Assembly: GCF_018350175.1 (NCBI RefSeq)
Contig: NC_058382.1
Coordinates: forward strand, 51,896,001-51,960,000
Length of the DNA: 64,000 nt
Origin: Felis catus
Taxonomy: Eukaryota
Reading direction: 5' to 3'
Shown in pieces: positions 1 through 12,040 of the stretch; position 1 is the stretch's first letter; each line of letters opens with the position of its first letter. The notes under the pieces are model-generated. The model made no database searches. It worked only from the letters and a program-made list of their open reading frames with translations, and had not been told where the DNA came from. A program made the translations under genes and the position numbers.

Positions 1-1372
1 TGAAACAGACAACAATGACGTGAGGGAACACAAAGGCTGAAAAATTCCCGCACTCAATTTATTGTCTTCTATCTTGTTTTTGTTGTTGTTCCCTAATAGC
101 CATTACACCCTCAGAAACTGACTTTCCAGGGCATTATAAATCCAAACATTTAGCAGAGCCAGCGCTAAAATAGCTCATTAAAGGGTGTGCGTTGGAAAGA
201 AGGATTGTCAGCGTACTTTATACACAGTAATCAATTACGGCAAATTTCTCAGCACTGGTGTCTATCACTCTTCTTTAAGATACAATCATGGAAATGAGAT
301 CATCACCCTTAAAGAAGTTGTTCAGTGCATCTGAAGTTGTTCCCCCGCAAATACTCCAAGGCAGGAGGAAGGGGAGGGACATCCCCAGAAGTCTAAGCCT
401 AAAGAGTAAAGCTCTTTACAAGTTCAGAGCGGCAAAGAAGGCTTCAGCTGGAGGAATGTGAGTTGAGTGTGGTAACAATGGGATCTTGGCGGTGTGGGCT
501 GCTCCCATTTGTAGCATCTGCCTGTATTCGTGGTGTAAAGATTCCCACCCTTGCCATTTGCAAGCAACCAGTGTGCTGTCGGCTGACTTGCTAAATTCCT
601 GAATATTTAATCATCAGTGATAATGAGCAAGTCACACACACCGCTGACTTTGGTTTTGAAGCTAATACGAATCTTGCCTTCAGCTCAGTGACACGTCCCT
701 GCTTAATTTTGTTTCCAATGGCTTTCTTTCCGCCTTCCGATCTTCTAGTAACATCGAATACAGTGTTTCATCTACTTATGTGTGATGGCATGGGGTAGGG
801 CTTTAACATGGAACAGCCTCGCATTGAATCATCCGGTGAGAAAAGTATTTCCTTTGCATTTCCCTCTTAATGCTCCATGCCAGGACTAAAGTCCCCGTGG
901 GGAGCTCACGTGCTTTGACACCTCTAGAACACCTGTTCCTCACCCTTTTCCAAAGAGGGAGGGGGCCCCAGGTTCAAGTCTTCAGGCAGGCAGTGGTATC
1001 AAACCAGAATGTAATAAAATCGTTGCATTTTATTTTACTTATTATGCTTGGCTTTTTCTGGTAAATAATACTGATTTTTTTCCCCATGTATGGCAACAGC
1101 ACAGAGTTTTCTTCGAAACATGTTACTAAATATGCTACTTGTACTTAGGAGATACCTGGATGAAGCAAAAGTCACTTGCCGCTGGGAATCTTCAGAAGAT
1201 GAGACCCAGCCTCTGTGGGGTGTGTGCTTGTAGGGCTCTCTGGGGACAGAAATGCCCGGAGGCAGCTTGGTTACATTTGTAGTTATTCTCTACCTTTGGG
1301 GTCTCCTGCTCCCACCTAAATCAAACATCATGTAAATGATTCATCTCAATCAAACAGACTTAGACACAAGTA

Positions 1373-1550
1373 GCAGTGTGCTGTCACACGCTGATTTATA
1401 GCAGGTGCCAATTTCCCTGGTGTAAATATTCCCACATGGCTGATTTCAAGCAAGCAACGTGACATCACTGAGCTCAGAACTGGGAAGAAATGTGCACAGT
1501 CAGCTTGCCACTTACATGAGCCAGCAGGAGCTGGCTCCAGCACGCCATTG
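1373..1550. mobile_element. MER63-like hAT-Blackjack DNA transposon remnant (related pieces at ~510-620 and ~45979-46170)
   Basis: Ends resemble CAGTGGTGTGCTGG / CCAGCACACCACTG; internal 'tgtaaatattcccac..gatttcaagc..gtgacatcactg'. Confidence 0.55.
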
Positions 1551-3660
1551 GCTCTAACCGCCACTTGTCGTAGGTTTTGGATTATCTTGGAAGGCACCAC
1601 CCAGGGCACCTTCCCGTGGCAACTCATGCAAGCCCCCAAAGCTACAGTTGCTGCTGCTGACTTCCCATTTTGCAGAGAGGTAACTACTCTGGGGCAGAGA
1701 GGTTACGGGACGGGCCCAAGGTCATGCAGTTGGTAGGTGATGGGCATGTGGATTGAACTAGGTCTGAGCACAAGCCCCCTTCTCTACCACGGGGGCAGAC
1801 GTCACCGCGCTCCGTGTCTCATCCTCACGCATCAGATGTATCACCCCCCAGAGTAAGGAATGTAGCTCCCTTTCACCTGCCACTTGAGGCCTGAAACACT
1901 CTAAGTGGCATTTGAAGCCCTGTCTGCCTTACCTCTCCAGATACACATCTTCTGACCCAAGCCCGTCTGCATAGCACACAAGGAAGAAAAATGAAACAAA
2001 AACAAATGAATCCGCCCAGTACTCCGAAAGATCCTTATTCAGCCCCCAGAAAGTCCCAAGCAACTCCCTGCTGTTAGGGCTCACTTTCACCCAGCCCGTG
2101 ACATTGAATATCCTGCTCCAAGAAGGTGAAGAGGAGGAAAGGACCCGTTATTTGTTGAGCTCCTGCCGTATGCCTGGCTCTGTGCTTGTGGCTTTATGCC
2201 CTTCTCTCCTTCTACCTCCATGACCATCCCATGAGGTGGGCGTTGTTACGCCATTTCACAGATGAGAAAACTGAGTTTCTAGGAGGTTGAGTGACCTGCT
2301 GAAGGTCACCCAGCTAGGGAGCGATATGGGTGGGATTGGAGCTCCAAGGCCCACGGTCTCTCCTAAGCTAGCTCTGCCCCAGGGCCCGGCACACGCCCAG
2401 ACGCAATGAATTCACGCTTAATCTTCTTGCCAAGGGATAGGACAGAAGGGCCGTAGAGAAGGCCACTTGACCTCATAAAGGTATTTTCTGGATTTTCTGA
2501 GCTGGGTCACTCCAGAAGGCTTAGACTGTACTAGAAGACTAGTAACTAAACCTCACACTCCCACACACAGTTAGGGATCATCTCCTTGGGATGCCAACAA
2601 GCTTGCTTCATCCCCCCCGAAGTAGACCCCACTGCCCTGCACGGAGAGGAAGGAGCAAGCACGTTTCCTGGGCTCTTTAAAATGATCCATGAGACCTACG
2701 GGCCACCTGCCCCTGGAGTCAGAGGGAACATCCCCGCAAGGCCATTTCCAAAGGAAAACCGAAGTCAGGAAAATGAAGCGACTGGCAAAAGGTCAAGATT
2801 CCCGAGGTGGTGAAGCTGTAACTCCGCTGGTGGTCTTCTGAGAACTTGAGCCAGACGTCTTTCCCTCCTTCCGGCTCCGGCCCCCCGTGAAAGAGTGACC
2901 GCGACCTGCCTGTAAGTCCCTAAGTAAGCTGGCCTAGATGTTAAGCCTCCACGTGGACTGCCATCTTCCAAGAATGGTGGGATGAGCTGGGATTTTCAAG
3001 TCAGACAGACATCGGTTTTAATCCAGACTTTGTCACTTACTAGCTGTGTGTCCTTAGGCAAGTCCCTTTACCTCTCGCTGCTGATTTCCTCCTTGGTGTT
3101 CCTTGTTCTTGATCCCTGTAGGGTTACCATGAGCCCAAGAGAAGATGTCATGGTCTTAATCGAAGGATGAGTAAATTATTGGAGTGGGTTGTGTCTGAGC
3201 CTTTGGTTGAGTCCTACTTACATGTTAGAACCCATTCTCATCTCATTCATTAATTAAGTAAAAATGACAATGGTGCACTTGGGCCAGACCTCGAAGGACA
3301 GCAGCGCCCTCCACAGGTTGGAGTGGTAATGGCAGTGGTGACAGTGAAATAAGAACAGCTCTCTCCCTCTCTCTCTCTCCCCTTCTCCAATCAGTGACCC
3401 GCCGGACTTCAGAGGAGCAAGTTCAGGGAGGCCCCGGGGTCGCATATATGTAGACAGTGCACCACAATGGTTCAGGTCCACAGACCCGCCGCTCGCTAGC
3501 TGTGTGGCCTCTGGCAGGAGCCATGATGTGTCTAGGAGCACAGGACACATGGCTGTCACATAGCAATGGCAGTTATTAGGCTGCTGTTAGGATCACCATC
3601 CCTATCCAGCTCCCACGAATGCGGGACCAGGGGAAAGGGGCGTTGTTTAAAGATGATGCA

Positions 3661-3872
3661 GGGGCTCCTGAGCGGCTCAGTCGGTTAAGCATCTGACGCT
3701 TGATTTCAGCTCAGGTCATGATCCCAGGGTTGTGGGATCGGGCCCCACATCGGGCTTCTCACTGTGCATGGAGCCTGCTTAAGATTCTCTCCCTCCCTCC
3801 CTCTCTGCCCCTCCCCCACTCACTCAAGCTCTTCCTCCCTCTCTCTCTCTCTTTCTCTGTAAAACAGAACCA
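3661..3872 (+). mobile_element. Can-SINE (SINEC), older copy
   Basis: GGGGCTCCTG..GGCTCAGTCGGTTAAGC head and CT tail; TSD ttaaagatgat (3647/3873). Confidence 0.9.
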
Positions 3873-3991
3873 TTAAAGATGATAGAACTTCAGAGTTGTC
3901 TCCACCTGTACGTGACTACCTGATGCTTGGCCACAGGCCTGTCTCCCCCCAACCCCCACTGGCTTCTAATTTCTAATGCCTACCTCTTGGG

Positions 3992-4206
3992 CAGTGGTTC
4001 TCAACTGGGCGGGGGTTGTTCCCCAGTGGATAGCTGGCAATATCCAGAAGGATATTTGCTTCTCACAACTGGGGGAATGTTGCTGGCATCTCGTGAGCAG
4101 AGGCCAGGGATGGCACTAACCATCCCGTAACACACAGGCTCGCTCCCCACCCCCAAAGAATTATCCGCCCCATGATGGTACCGGGGCCAAGGCTGTGAAA
4201 CACACG
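3992..4206. mobile_element. MER20 hAT-Charlie DNA transposon
   Basis: CAGTGGTTCTCAAC start; 'ctggcaatat', 'ctggcatct..gaggccagggatg', 'caaagaattatcc'. Confidence 0.75.
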
Positions 4207-5060
4207 CTAAGGAGTTAGTGATCTGGGTCGCTCTGGACGACGTGTTTGTTCTCTTGGGATGCTGGAGGAGTCTCTGGGGTTCCCATGCTGAGAAGGAATG
4301 GCGTGGCCTCCGTGGATTGTAGCCACATCTCATACTCTGTAGGCAGGGTTAAGGACCCTCTTTGGGGGATTGCAACGGCATTTCATCTTCCCACAATGCC
4401 TCTAGCTTGACTTTCTCCCATGATGACTGCCTCCCATGTGATATTCAAAGGCACCTCCCGGCAAGGCAGCCCCGTGGAGCAGCACCTAGCTTCTGGAAGG
4501 GCAAAGCCAATCACTCAGAGCACGAAATACATTTAGGGTTTGGACAAACACCCTGATACGAGGTGTACAACAGTCCTTTGATGATGATTCAAAGACACTT
4601 TGGCTTGGATGGTTGACTGTCTTGTTTGGGATGGATGGATGCACCTTGACCTCTCTCACTGTCTTGCTTAGAGTTTCCCAGCATCTATATGTCATTTACT
4701 CAGCCTTTCAGCACATCTTGTTAAGCATCTGCTGTGGGCGGGGTCCAATGTTAAGTGTTAGAAATGAAGTATCTGCCCGAGATTCTTTGCCAGGTAACAG
4801 GGCCTCTGTGCTGTAGGAGGGGGAAGGGAGCGGGCCCCAGGGTTGCTCAGCCACTAGCTGGGGTTGAATCCTAGCCATGCTGCCCACCAGCTGTGTGATG
4901 TTGGGAAAATTACTCAACCTCTCTCAGCTTTTTTTCTCATCCTTAAAAACTGCAGCGGTACCCCCCACTTCTCAGACTTGTTAGAAGCACTAAATATCTC
5001 AATGGCGATGATGGAATAGATCTTACAGACCCTGGTTCCCTTCTTTAAATCCTAGCTCTT

Positions 5061-5225
5061 GGGGCGCCGGGTGGCTCAGTCGGTTAAGCGTCCGACTTCG
5101 GCTCAGGTCATGATCTCACAGTTCATGAGTTCGAGCCCTGCGTCGCACTTAGTGCTGACAGCTCGCAGCCTGGAGCCTGCTTCGGATTCTGTGTCTCTCT
5201 CTCTCTCTGCCCCTCCCCTGTTCAT

Positions 5226-5262
<37 letters not shown>

Positions 5263-5298
5263 AATAAAGAAACATTAAAAACATTTTTTTAAATAAAA
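5061..5298 (+). mobile_element. SINEC_Fc-type SINE inserted in a MIR
   Basis: Full head, (CT)n and A tail; TSD aaatcc(t/c)agctctt. Confidence 0.92.
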
Positions 5299-6273
5299 TC
5301 CCAGCTCTTCCACTTTTTTAACTGTGAGACCTTGAGCATATTAACTTCTAGGATTCTTGATTTTCTCCTCTGTGAAGTAGAAATAAAGCACCAAAGTTGA
5401 TGCGAAGATTAAAGGAGATGGTGCCTATGAACCCATTAGCCGGTTACCGCTGGCGTGTTGTAAGTACTCAGAAAAGCATAGCTTTTACCGTCATTACTAT
5501 CACTATTATATTGCCTAACATAATCAGAGCTCAAATAGCTATTTTTGTCCGCATTATTGTTCTGGATCTATTTCAGTTTTTTAAACAGCTGTGGGTGGCT
5601 GGGAGGCAGGTGTACCTGCCTCTCTTTTTGTGCCAAGACTCTGCAGACTGATGAGCAGCGGGAAAGTAAAAGAATCCAGGCAGATGGGACCTTCACGGGG
5701 GCAGGTTTTGCATAATTCCACCTGCACACACGCAGAGATAAACTGAACGCTCTCCCAAGCCTTCTTCATCCATGGGATGATTTCTTTTAAAACCTGCATG
5801 GAATCCCAAGTAATGAAAAATGATGAGGCTAATTATAGATTCCGCATTGTACACGGGACTGTCTGCCGTGTATTCATACAGATTGTCTGGGTTAGTCAAA
5901 GTCCATTCAGAGTGCTTGAGGATACCATCCGGAAGCTAACAGATCTAGCCCGTCATAGCCACGGGGCCAAGCTGTCCTATCGTCTGGTCTTGTAGCTCCC
6001 ACAATGCCTAGAATTGCTTTGGCGATAGAAGGGCCTGAAAATAAGTGTAGTAAGTGGCCTGTGGTACCTGTATGTATGAAGATTATTAGCTCATTCACTT
6101 GGAACCAGGGCTGATTCCAGATTGCAGAGCTTTTAAAAATGGTTTTCTTCTAATAGGAACAATAACACATACTCAGTGGAGACGTTTAAAAATATGCCCC
6201 TTTAAAGAAAGAAAAAAAGGGGAAAAAAAAACCCATCTGTCTTCCCACCACCCAACAATAACCCTTGTATATA

Positions 6274-6854
6274 CCGCTGACCCTTGAACAAAGTGGATTT
6301 TGGGGCGCCTGGGTGGCGCAGTCAGTTAAGCGTCCGACATCAGCCAGGTCACGATCTCGCGGTCTGTGAGTTCGAGCCCCGCGTCAGGCTCTGGGCTGAT
6401 GGCTCGGAGCCTGGAGCCTGTTTCCGATTCTGTGTCTCCCTCTCTCTCTGCCCCTCCCCCGTTCATGCTCTGTCTCTCTCTGTCCCCCCCCCCCAAAAAA
6501 AAAAGAAAAAAAAAACGTTGAAACAAAGTGGATTTGAACTGTGCGGGTCCGCTTACACACGGATTTTTTACAATACAGTACCGTTAATGCATTTTCTCCT
6601 CCTTATGATTTTCTTAATAACATTTTCTCTAGTTTACATTTTTGTAAGAATATAGTATATGAAACATGTAACATACACAATATGCGTTAATCGACTGTTT
6701 GTTATTGGTAAGGCTTGCAGGCAGCGGTAGATTATGAGAAGCTAAGTTTGCGGGGAGTGCAAAGTTATACGTCGATTTTCGACTCTGTGGGGAGTACCGA
6801 GGGGTGGGGAGTGGAGTTGGCACCCCAACCCCGGTGTTTTTCAAGCATCAATTG
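6274..6854. mobile_element. Tigger2-family (TcMar-Tigger) non-autonomous element interrupted by a SINE
   Basis: TA-flanked degenerate TIRs CCGCTGACCCTTGAACAA / TTCAAGCATCAATTG; internal 'tttgaactgtgcgggtccgcttacac'. Confidence 0.75.
6302..6521 (+). mobile_element. Young SINEC_Fc nested in Tigger2
   Basis: CpG-intact head; perfect 14-bp TSD aacaaagtggattt (6287/6522). Confidence 0.93.
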
Positions 6855-7612
6855 TACTCTGTTGCTTGTTTCTTCCAGTATTTTCATTTTGTGCATTTGG
6901 GGTTTGGTTTTACTGTTCTCTGGTTCGGGGGGGGGGGTTGACATTTTTTGGAAATTATAATCATACTGCATAAAAAAAAACTTTGCAGGATACTTTTTCC
7001 CCCCTCTCAGAGACTCTTTTTAAGCATATTAAAGCTATCATGGCCGCATCATAGTCCAAGAAATGAGTACGTCAGAGTTCACTCAGCTGTTTCCCCTTTT
7101 ATGGACATCTAGGTGCTCATTTTGATTGTTTCAGCCCCTAACAAACATTTTGAATATAAGGTTTTTTCCTGTTATTGTTCCAGTTATATCCAGAAGCGGA
7201 ATTACTAAGTCAGAGAAATTGCAAGGTTGTGCAATGTGTTTTAAAGACGTTTTAAAGACTCTACAGACATTTCCTATGCTGCTTGGTGTGGATACGACCT
7301 CAGGTTTTTATTAGTGCGGGTGAATTGCTATCCTCCTCCCCACCTTCCCCCGGACCCTTCGTCTGTTACGGGGACCTTCCCAGATCCACTGTCCCCCAGC
7401 AGTTGTTGTCCAAACGCCACCCCTCGGGCATCAGTCCAGTTTGACCGCCCAGCGAACCCCAGTTTGGAGCAAGACTGGTCAGCCATTCTGCCCCCTTCTC
7501 GTCAACCAGTTGGCTGAGGCAGTGGCCCCCGGGGCGGGAATGGGAGGCTGCTTCACAACACCTCCCATCTTTGTACTCTTCTCCCCTGTCTATTGAGTCT
7601 GGTTGCCGTCTC

Positions 7613-7626
7613 GTTGCCATGGCGAC
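7613..7626. promoter_or_regulatory. RFX X-box
   Basis: GTTGCCATGGCGAC, 13/14 match to the palindromic GTTGCCATGGCAAC. Confidence 0.6.
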
Positions 7627-9488
7627 CCAGTCCCAAGGCTAATAGCTATCTCTTGGTGCTTAGAGGAGAAAACTCAGCTGACAGACGAGCGAGGAAGATG
7701 CAGGAGAGAAGAGACTAGCCCTCCAAATGCACCCGCGAACTTCGGCAAACGGGCACAGATAATTAGAAATGAGACTGTAGCGTCACACAGACTCTGACAT
7801 AAGGAAGCTTCCGGGGCCAGCAAGGTCATCTGTTGCCAAAGCTAATTAAAATGGATGAAGAGAAATCAAATTACCTCAGATCTCGTCTCTGCTTGATGGA
7901 GAATCTTTCAAAACATAGGTCAGTGTTTAGAGGCTCTTTCTACCCTTGGGGGAATGATATGGCTTCTAGAAATGACCTGACATGGTCTTAAAGGCAAAGT
8001 GGGATTTAATAGCTTATCTCCACATCCCACGGCCATCTTGTCAATTCCACCTGACCAGCATCACCTAGTTCACCCATATCTCTAATTCCCAGTTCTCTCC
8101 GGTCTCCTGTCCTCGTCCAGTGCCCCGCCTGCCGGGACACACCTCCCATGGCTTCCAAGTGAAGGCCTCTCCCACGCCCTGTCCCCACAAAAGAGCCCAA
8201 CCGTCAAATCTCAGCACACAGCGTCCCCCTCACTAACACTCAGTTCCCTGAACGATCCACAACCCCCTTCCAGGACTCTGTTCTTGCCTCAAGTACACGC
8301 ATCTTGTCTTCCCGGAAGACGCCTCCCTCTCCTTCGCAACCCAACACAAATGCCATTTTTCTCTAAATTGAGTCATTTCCTCTCCTGGCTCGAATGCCTC
8401 TTCATTCATACCTACAATATAGCTCTTCCCACGCTCTACTGGAATTGAGCGTTTCGGTGGCCTTTCCTCCTCGGCAGCCACGGGCTTGCCTAGGGCAGGG
8501 GCTGTGTGTACTCATCTTCCTGAATGCAGCCTGGCACGTGGTCAATCCTGGAGGTCATTACCTCCTCAGAGCTGGGCTAGCTGGTTCAAAGGATACATTC
8601 TTCCATCTGGGGAGGTGAAAGTAGCACCTTGAACTTCTCTAGCGCCTAGTTTCCAAGGAAGCCAAAGCCCTCAGTCGTAACGTCGTCATCAAATACGTAT
8701 CGGGTTCCTAACGATGGTGTAGCAGTTGAGCACGTGGATGCTGCAGCCGTTGTTATAGTTGTTGTTTGGGGAGCAGAGCTCAGAGTTCCTTTTTAATAAG
8801 CTTTTTGGCAAATTCCAAACATATTCAAAAGTGTCAGTAGAATACTGACCGTCCTGCCCCATCCACATGCCCATCAACCCAGCTTCTGCGACGATTAACG
8901 TTTGGTCAACTTCGTTGCCTTCTGTCGCTCCCTCCCCACCCCACTGTTTGTCCGGAGTATTTTAAGGCAATCCCAGACATAAGGGTCTCACCTGTCGCTA
9001 TCTCATAAACAGTCTCTGCCAAAAATCCTAGCTCTTCTAGCTGCTATGTCTGTGACCTCAGGCAGGTTAATTAACCTCCCTGATCCTCATTGTCTGTATA
9101 TGTAAATGAGAATGATCACGGCACATCCATCATAGGGTTCTAAGGAGGACCAAATGGAATATTCCACGAAAAACACTTGGTACCTAGCATGTGCCTAGGT
9201 CACGCGCTAAGTGGTCAGCACTGGCCATCAAAAATCACTATTATTATCACTGTGATTACTGAGCTGACAGCACGGTCCCAGCAGCGGGGACATGAAGGAC
9301 AAACAACAGTATCCGTCAGTAATCACGGCTCTCACAGCAGAAGGAGGGCAGACTGGGGTGTGGAAAACCTGGAGCCTGAGACCAGATAGGAGGCTGGGAA
9401 AATCGTCGTCCAGGGTGGGCTGGGGGCTTGAGGTGGGGAGACAACACACACAGGTAGATGAGAGCAGAGACCTCCCACTGACTGGCTG

Positions 9489-9904
9489 CTAGCAACCGCC
9501 AGCTTGTCCCCTGTATTTAAGACGCTGGGTTTTCTGTTTGTCTCTTTGTTTGTTTGTTTGTTTCGTTTCTTAAACTCCACACGTGAGTGAAATCATATGG
9601 TATTTGTCGTTCTCTGACTGATTTTACCTAGCGTTATACCCTGTGTGTTCCTCCAAAATAATTAGCAGTAGAGTTACCATATGATCCAGTAATTCTACTA
9701 CTGGGCATTTCCTTAAAGAAAATAAAAAACACTAGTTCAAAAAGATATAGGTACCCCTAGACCCCTGTGTTTACAATAGCCGAGATACAGCAGCAACTCA
9801 AGGGTCCATCCATAGATAAATGAATAAAGGTGCGGTGTGGAGCATTACTCAGCTGTAAAAAAGAATGACATCTTGCCATCTGCAACATGAATAGACCTAG
9901 GGGG
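9489..9904 (-). mobile_element. LINE-1 3' fragment with inverted 5' segment
   Basis: 9489-9642 is minus-strand L1 (ORF2 end/3' UTR). ~9647-9904 is plus-strand L1 sequence that lies immediately upstream of it in the L1 consensus. Confidence 0.75.
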
Positions 9905-9971
9905 CACACTCATTATCACTATTCACACTTACAATACGATGAACACGTGCTCACTGTGGTCATTTTTCTAA

Positions 9972-10440
9972 ACACAGAAAATCATATCATCTCACTTATA
10001 TGTGGAATCTAAACTAGGCACGCCTACCAAAGCAGAGAACGGAGCAGTGGTTATCAGGGGCCGGTGGAGGGAGGACTGGGGGGGCGGTGGTCAAAGGGTA
10101 CGAAGTTTCAGTTACACAAGATAAATAAGTTCTGGAGGGCTGCTGTGCAGCATGGTGCCTACGGTTAACACGATACGTATTTTATACTTAACATCCGCTA
10201 AGAGGGCACATCTTATGTGAAAGTGCTCTTACCATAAAACGTAATTAAAATATAATTATTACACTGAAGAGAACAGGAGGAAACTTTGGGAGGGGATGAG
10301 TAGGTTTATGGCTTTAATTTAGACGGTGACGCTTTCAAGAGTGCGCACTTTGCAAGTTGTAAACATTAATTATGTACAGCTTTTTACATGTCAAGTATAC
10401 CTCCATAAAGAGGTCCAGATAAGTAAATAAAAATTTAAAA
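9972..10440 (+). mobile_element. Old LINE-1 (L1MA/MB-type) 3' end
   Basis: 'tctcacttatatgtggaatcta', 'gtcaaagggtac..tttcagtta..ataagttctggag', 'tgtcaagtatacctccataaag'. Confidence 0.75.
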
Positions 10441-10784
10441 CACAGATGACGAAGAAAATGAAAACTAGCCATATCCCTACCACTCAGAATATAACGTACT
10501 ATTATTTATATTAATATATATTTTACATAGATGTGATCACTCTGAATATTCAGTTACTCCTTCTCCGTTTCATGTCAGCAAGAAACAGGAGAGGTGACCT
10601 TACCGTGTCAGGCCTTACCCCTAATTTCGCTTCTTTTGAAAAGCTGTAGCTACCAGGAAACCTAAGGAAAAAAATCAATTATTTATCCTGCCTTTCCTGT
10701 ATGGATTGTTTATCCCTGGTAATTAAATAATGGACGAAGGGATGTGTCTCCTTATAAATTATGGCAGCTAATAATACATCAAAC

Positions 10785-10986
10785 CTTGATTTCAGACTTC
10801 TAACCTCCAGAGACAATGGCTGTTGTTGGGGCACCTGGGTGGCTCAGCCTGTTAAGCACCCAACTCTTGATTTCGGTTTAGATTGAGCCCCACGCCGGGC
10901 TCTGTGCTGAAAGCTCTGAGCCTGCTTTGGATTCTTTCTCGCCCTCTCCCTCTGTCCCTGCCCTGTTCGCATGCACAAACATGCTT

Positions 10987-11031
<45 letters not shown>

Positions 11032-11123
11032 ATAAATAAATAAACTTAGAAAAAAAATTGCTTGTTGTTTTAAGCCACCCACTTTGATGTGCTTGGTTTC
11101 AGCAGCTCTGGGAAATGAATACA
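10785..11123 (+). mobile_element. MLT1 (ERVL-MaLR) LTR 3' part split by a SINEC (10828-11057, +)
   Basis: 'cagacttctaacctccaga..tgttgttttaagccac..ggaaatgaataca' flanks a SINE. Confidence 0.7.
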
Positions 11124-11149
11124 TTGCCCACATATTACCATGTGTTCGT

Positions 11150-11372
11150 GTTTTTTAAATTTTTATTATTACTATTTTTTAAGTTTATTTATTTTGACAG
11201 AGAGAGAGAGAACTAGTGAGGGAGGGACAGGAAAAGGGGGGGGACAGAGGATCTCAAGCAGGCTCTGTGCTGACAACAGAGAGCCAGACGTGGGGCTCAG
11301 ACTCACAAACCATGAGGTCATGACCGGAGCCGAAGTCAGCTGCTTAACCCACAGAGCCACCCAGGCGCCCCC
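11150..11372 (-). mobile_element. SINEC_Fc-type SINE
   Basis: T-rich tail, (GA)n, ends gagccacccaggcgcccc. Confidence 0.92.
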
Positions 11373-11554
11373 ATAATTTTTTTTAAGTGAAAAAAAATGA
11401 ATAGTTTAGCCATAGACTGGGTGTGATTTTTCAAGGTATTATTACCAGGGTCTCGTCTGTATTGCAAATAATTATTTACTTGGTGGTAGTTACAGTCAAA
11501 TACAATTTCATTTCTGGACTCTGGTTTTCACTTTATAGAGCACTGGTTTGCATT

Positions 11555-11785
11555 TCTTTTTTTTTTTTTAATTTTTTTTTTTAATGTTTTTATTTATTTT
11601 TGAGACAGAGAGAGACAGAGCATGAACGGGGGAGGGTCAGAGAGAGGGAGACACAGAATCGGAAACAGGCTCCAGGCTCTGAGCTGTCAGCACAGAGCCT
11701 GACGCGGGGCTCGAACTCACGGACTGCGAGATCGTGACCTGGGCCGAAGTCGGCCGCTTAACCGACTGAGCCACCCAGGCGCCCC
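11555..11785 (-). mobile_element. Young SINEC_Fc
   Basis: Long T tail, CpG-intact body, TSD tgcattt. Confidence 0.94.
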
Positions 11786-11814
11786 TGCATTTATTTATTC
11801 AAAGATACGCATCT

Positions 11815-12040
11815 GGGGCGCCTGGGTGGCGCAGTCGGTTAAGCGTCCGACTTCAGCCAGGTCACGATCTCGCGGTCCGTGAGTTCGAGCACCGCGTCAG
11901 GCTCTGGGCTGATGGCTCGGAGCCTGGAGCCTGCTTCCGATTCTGTGTCTCCCTCTCTCTCTGCCCCTCCCCCGTTCATGCTCTGTCTCTCTCTGTCCCA
12001 AAAATAAAAAAAAATAATAATAAAATTAAAAAAAAAAACA
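11815..12040 (+). mobile_element. Young SINEC_Fc
   Basis: Perfect 16-bp TSD caaagatacgcatctg (11800/12041). Confidence 0.95.

Noticed and set aside
9154..9165. TGGAATATTCCA palindromes (also ~49059) as heat-shock elements
   Set aside because: Only two nGAAn units, and the first lies within a MIR; compatible with chance.
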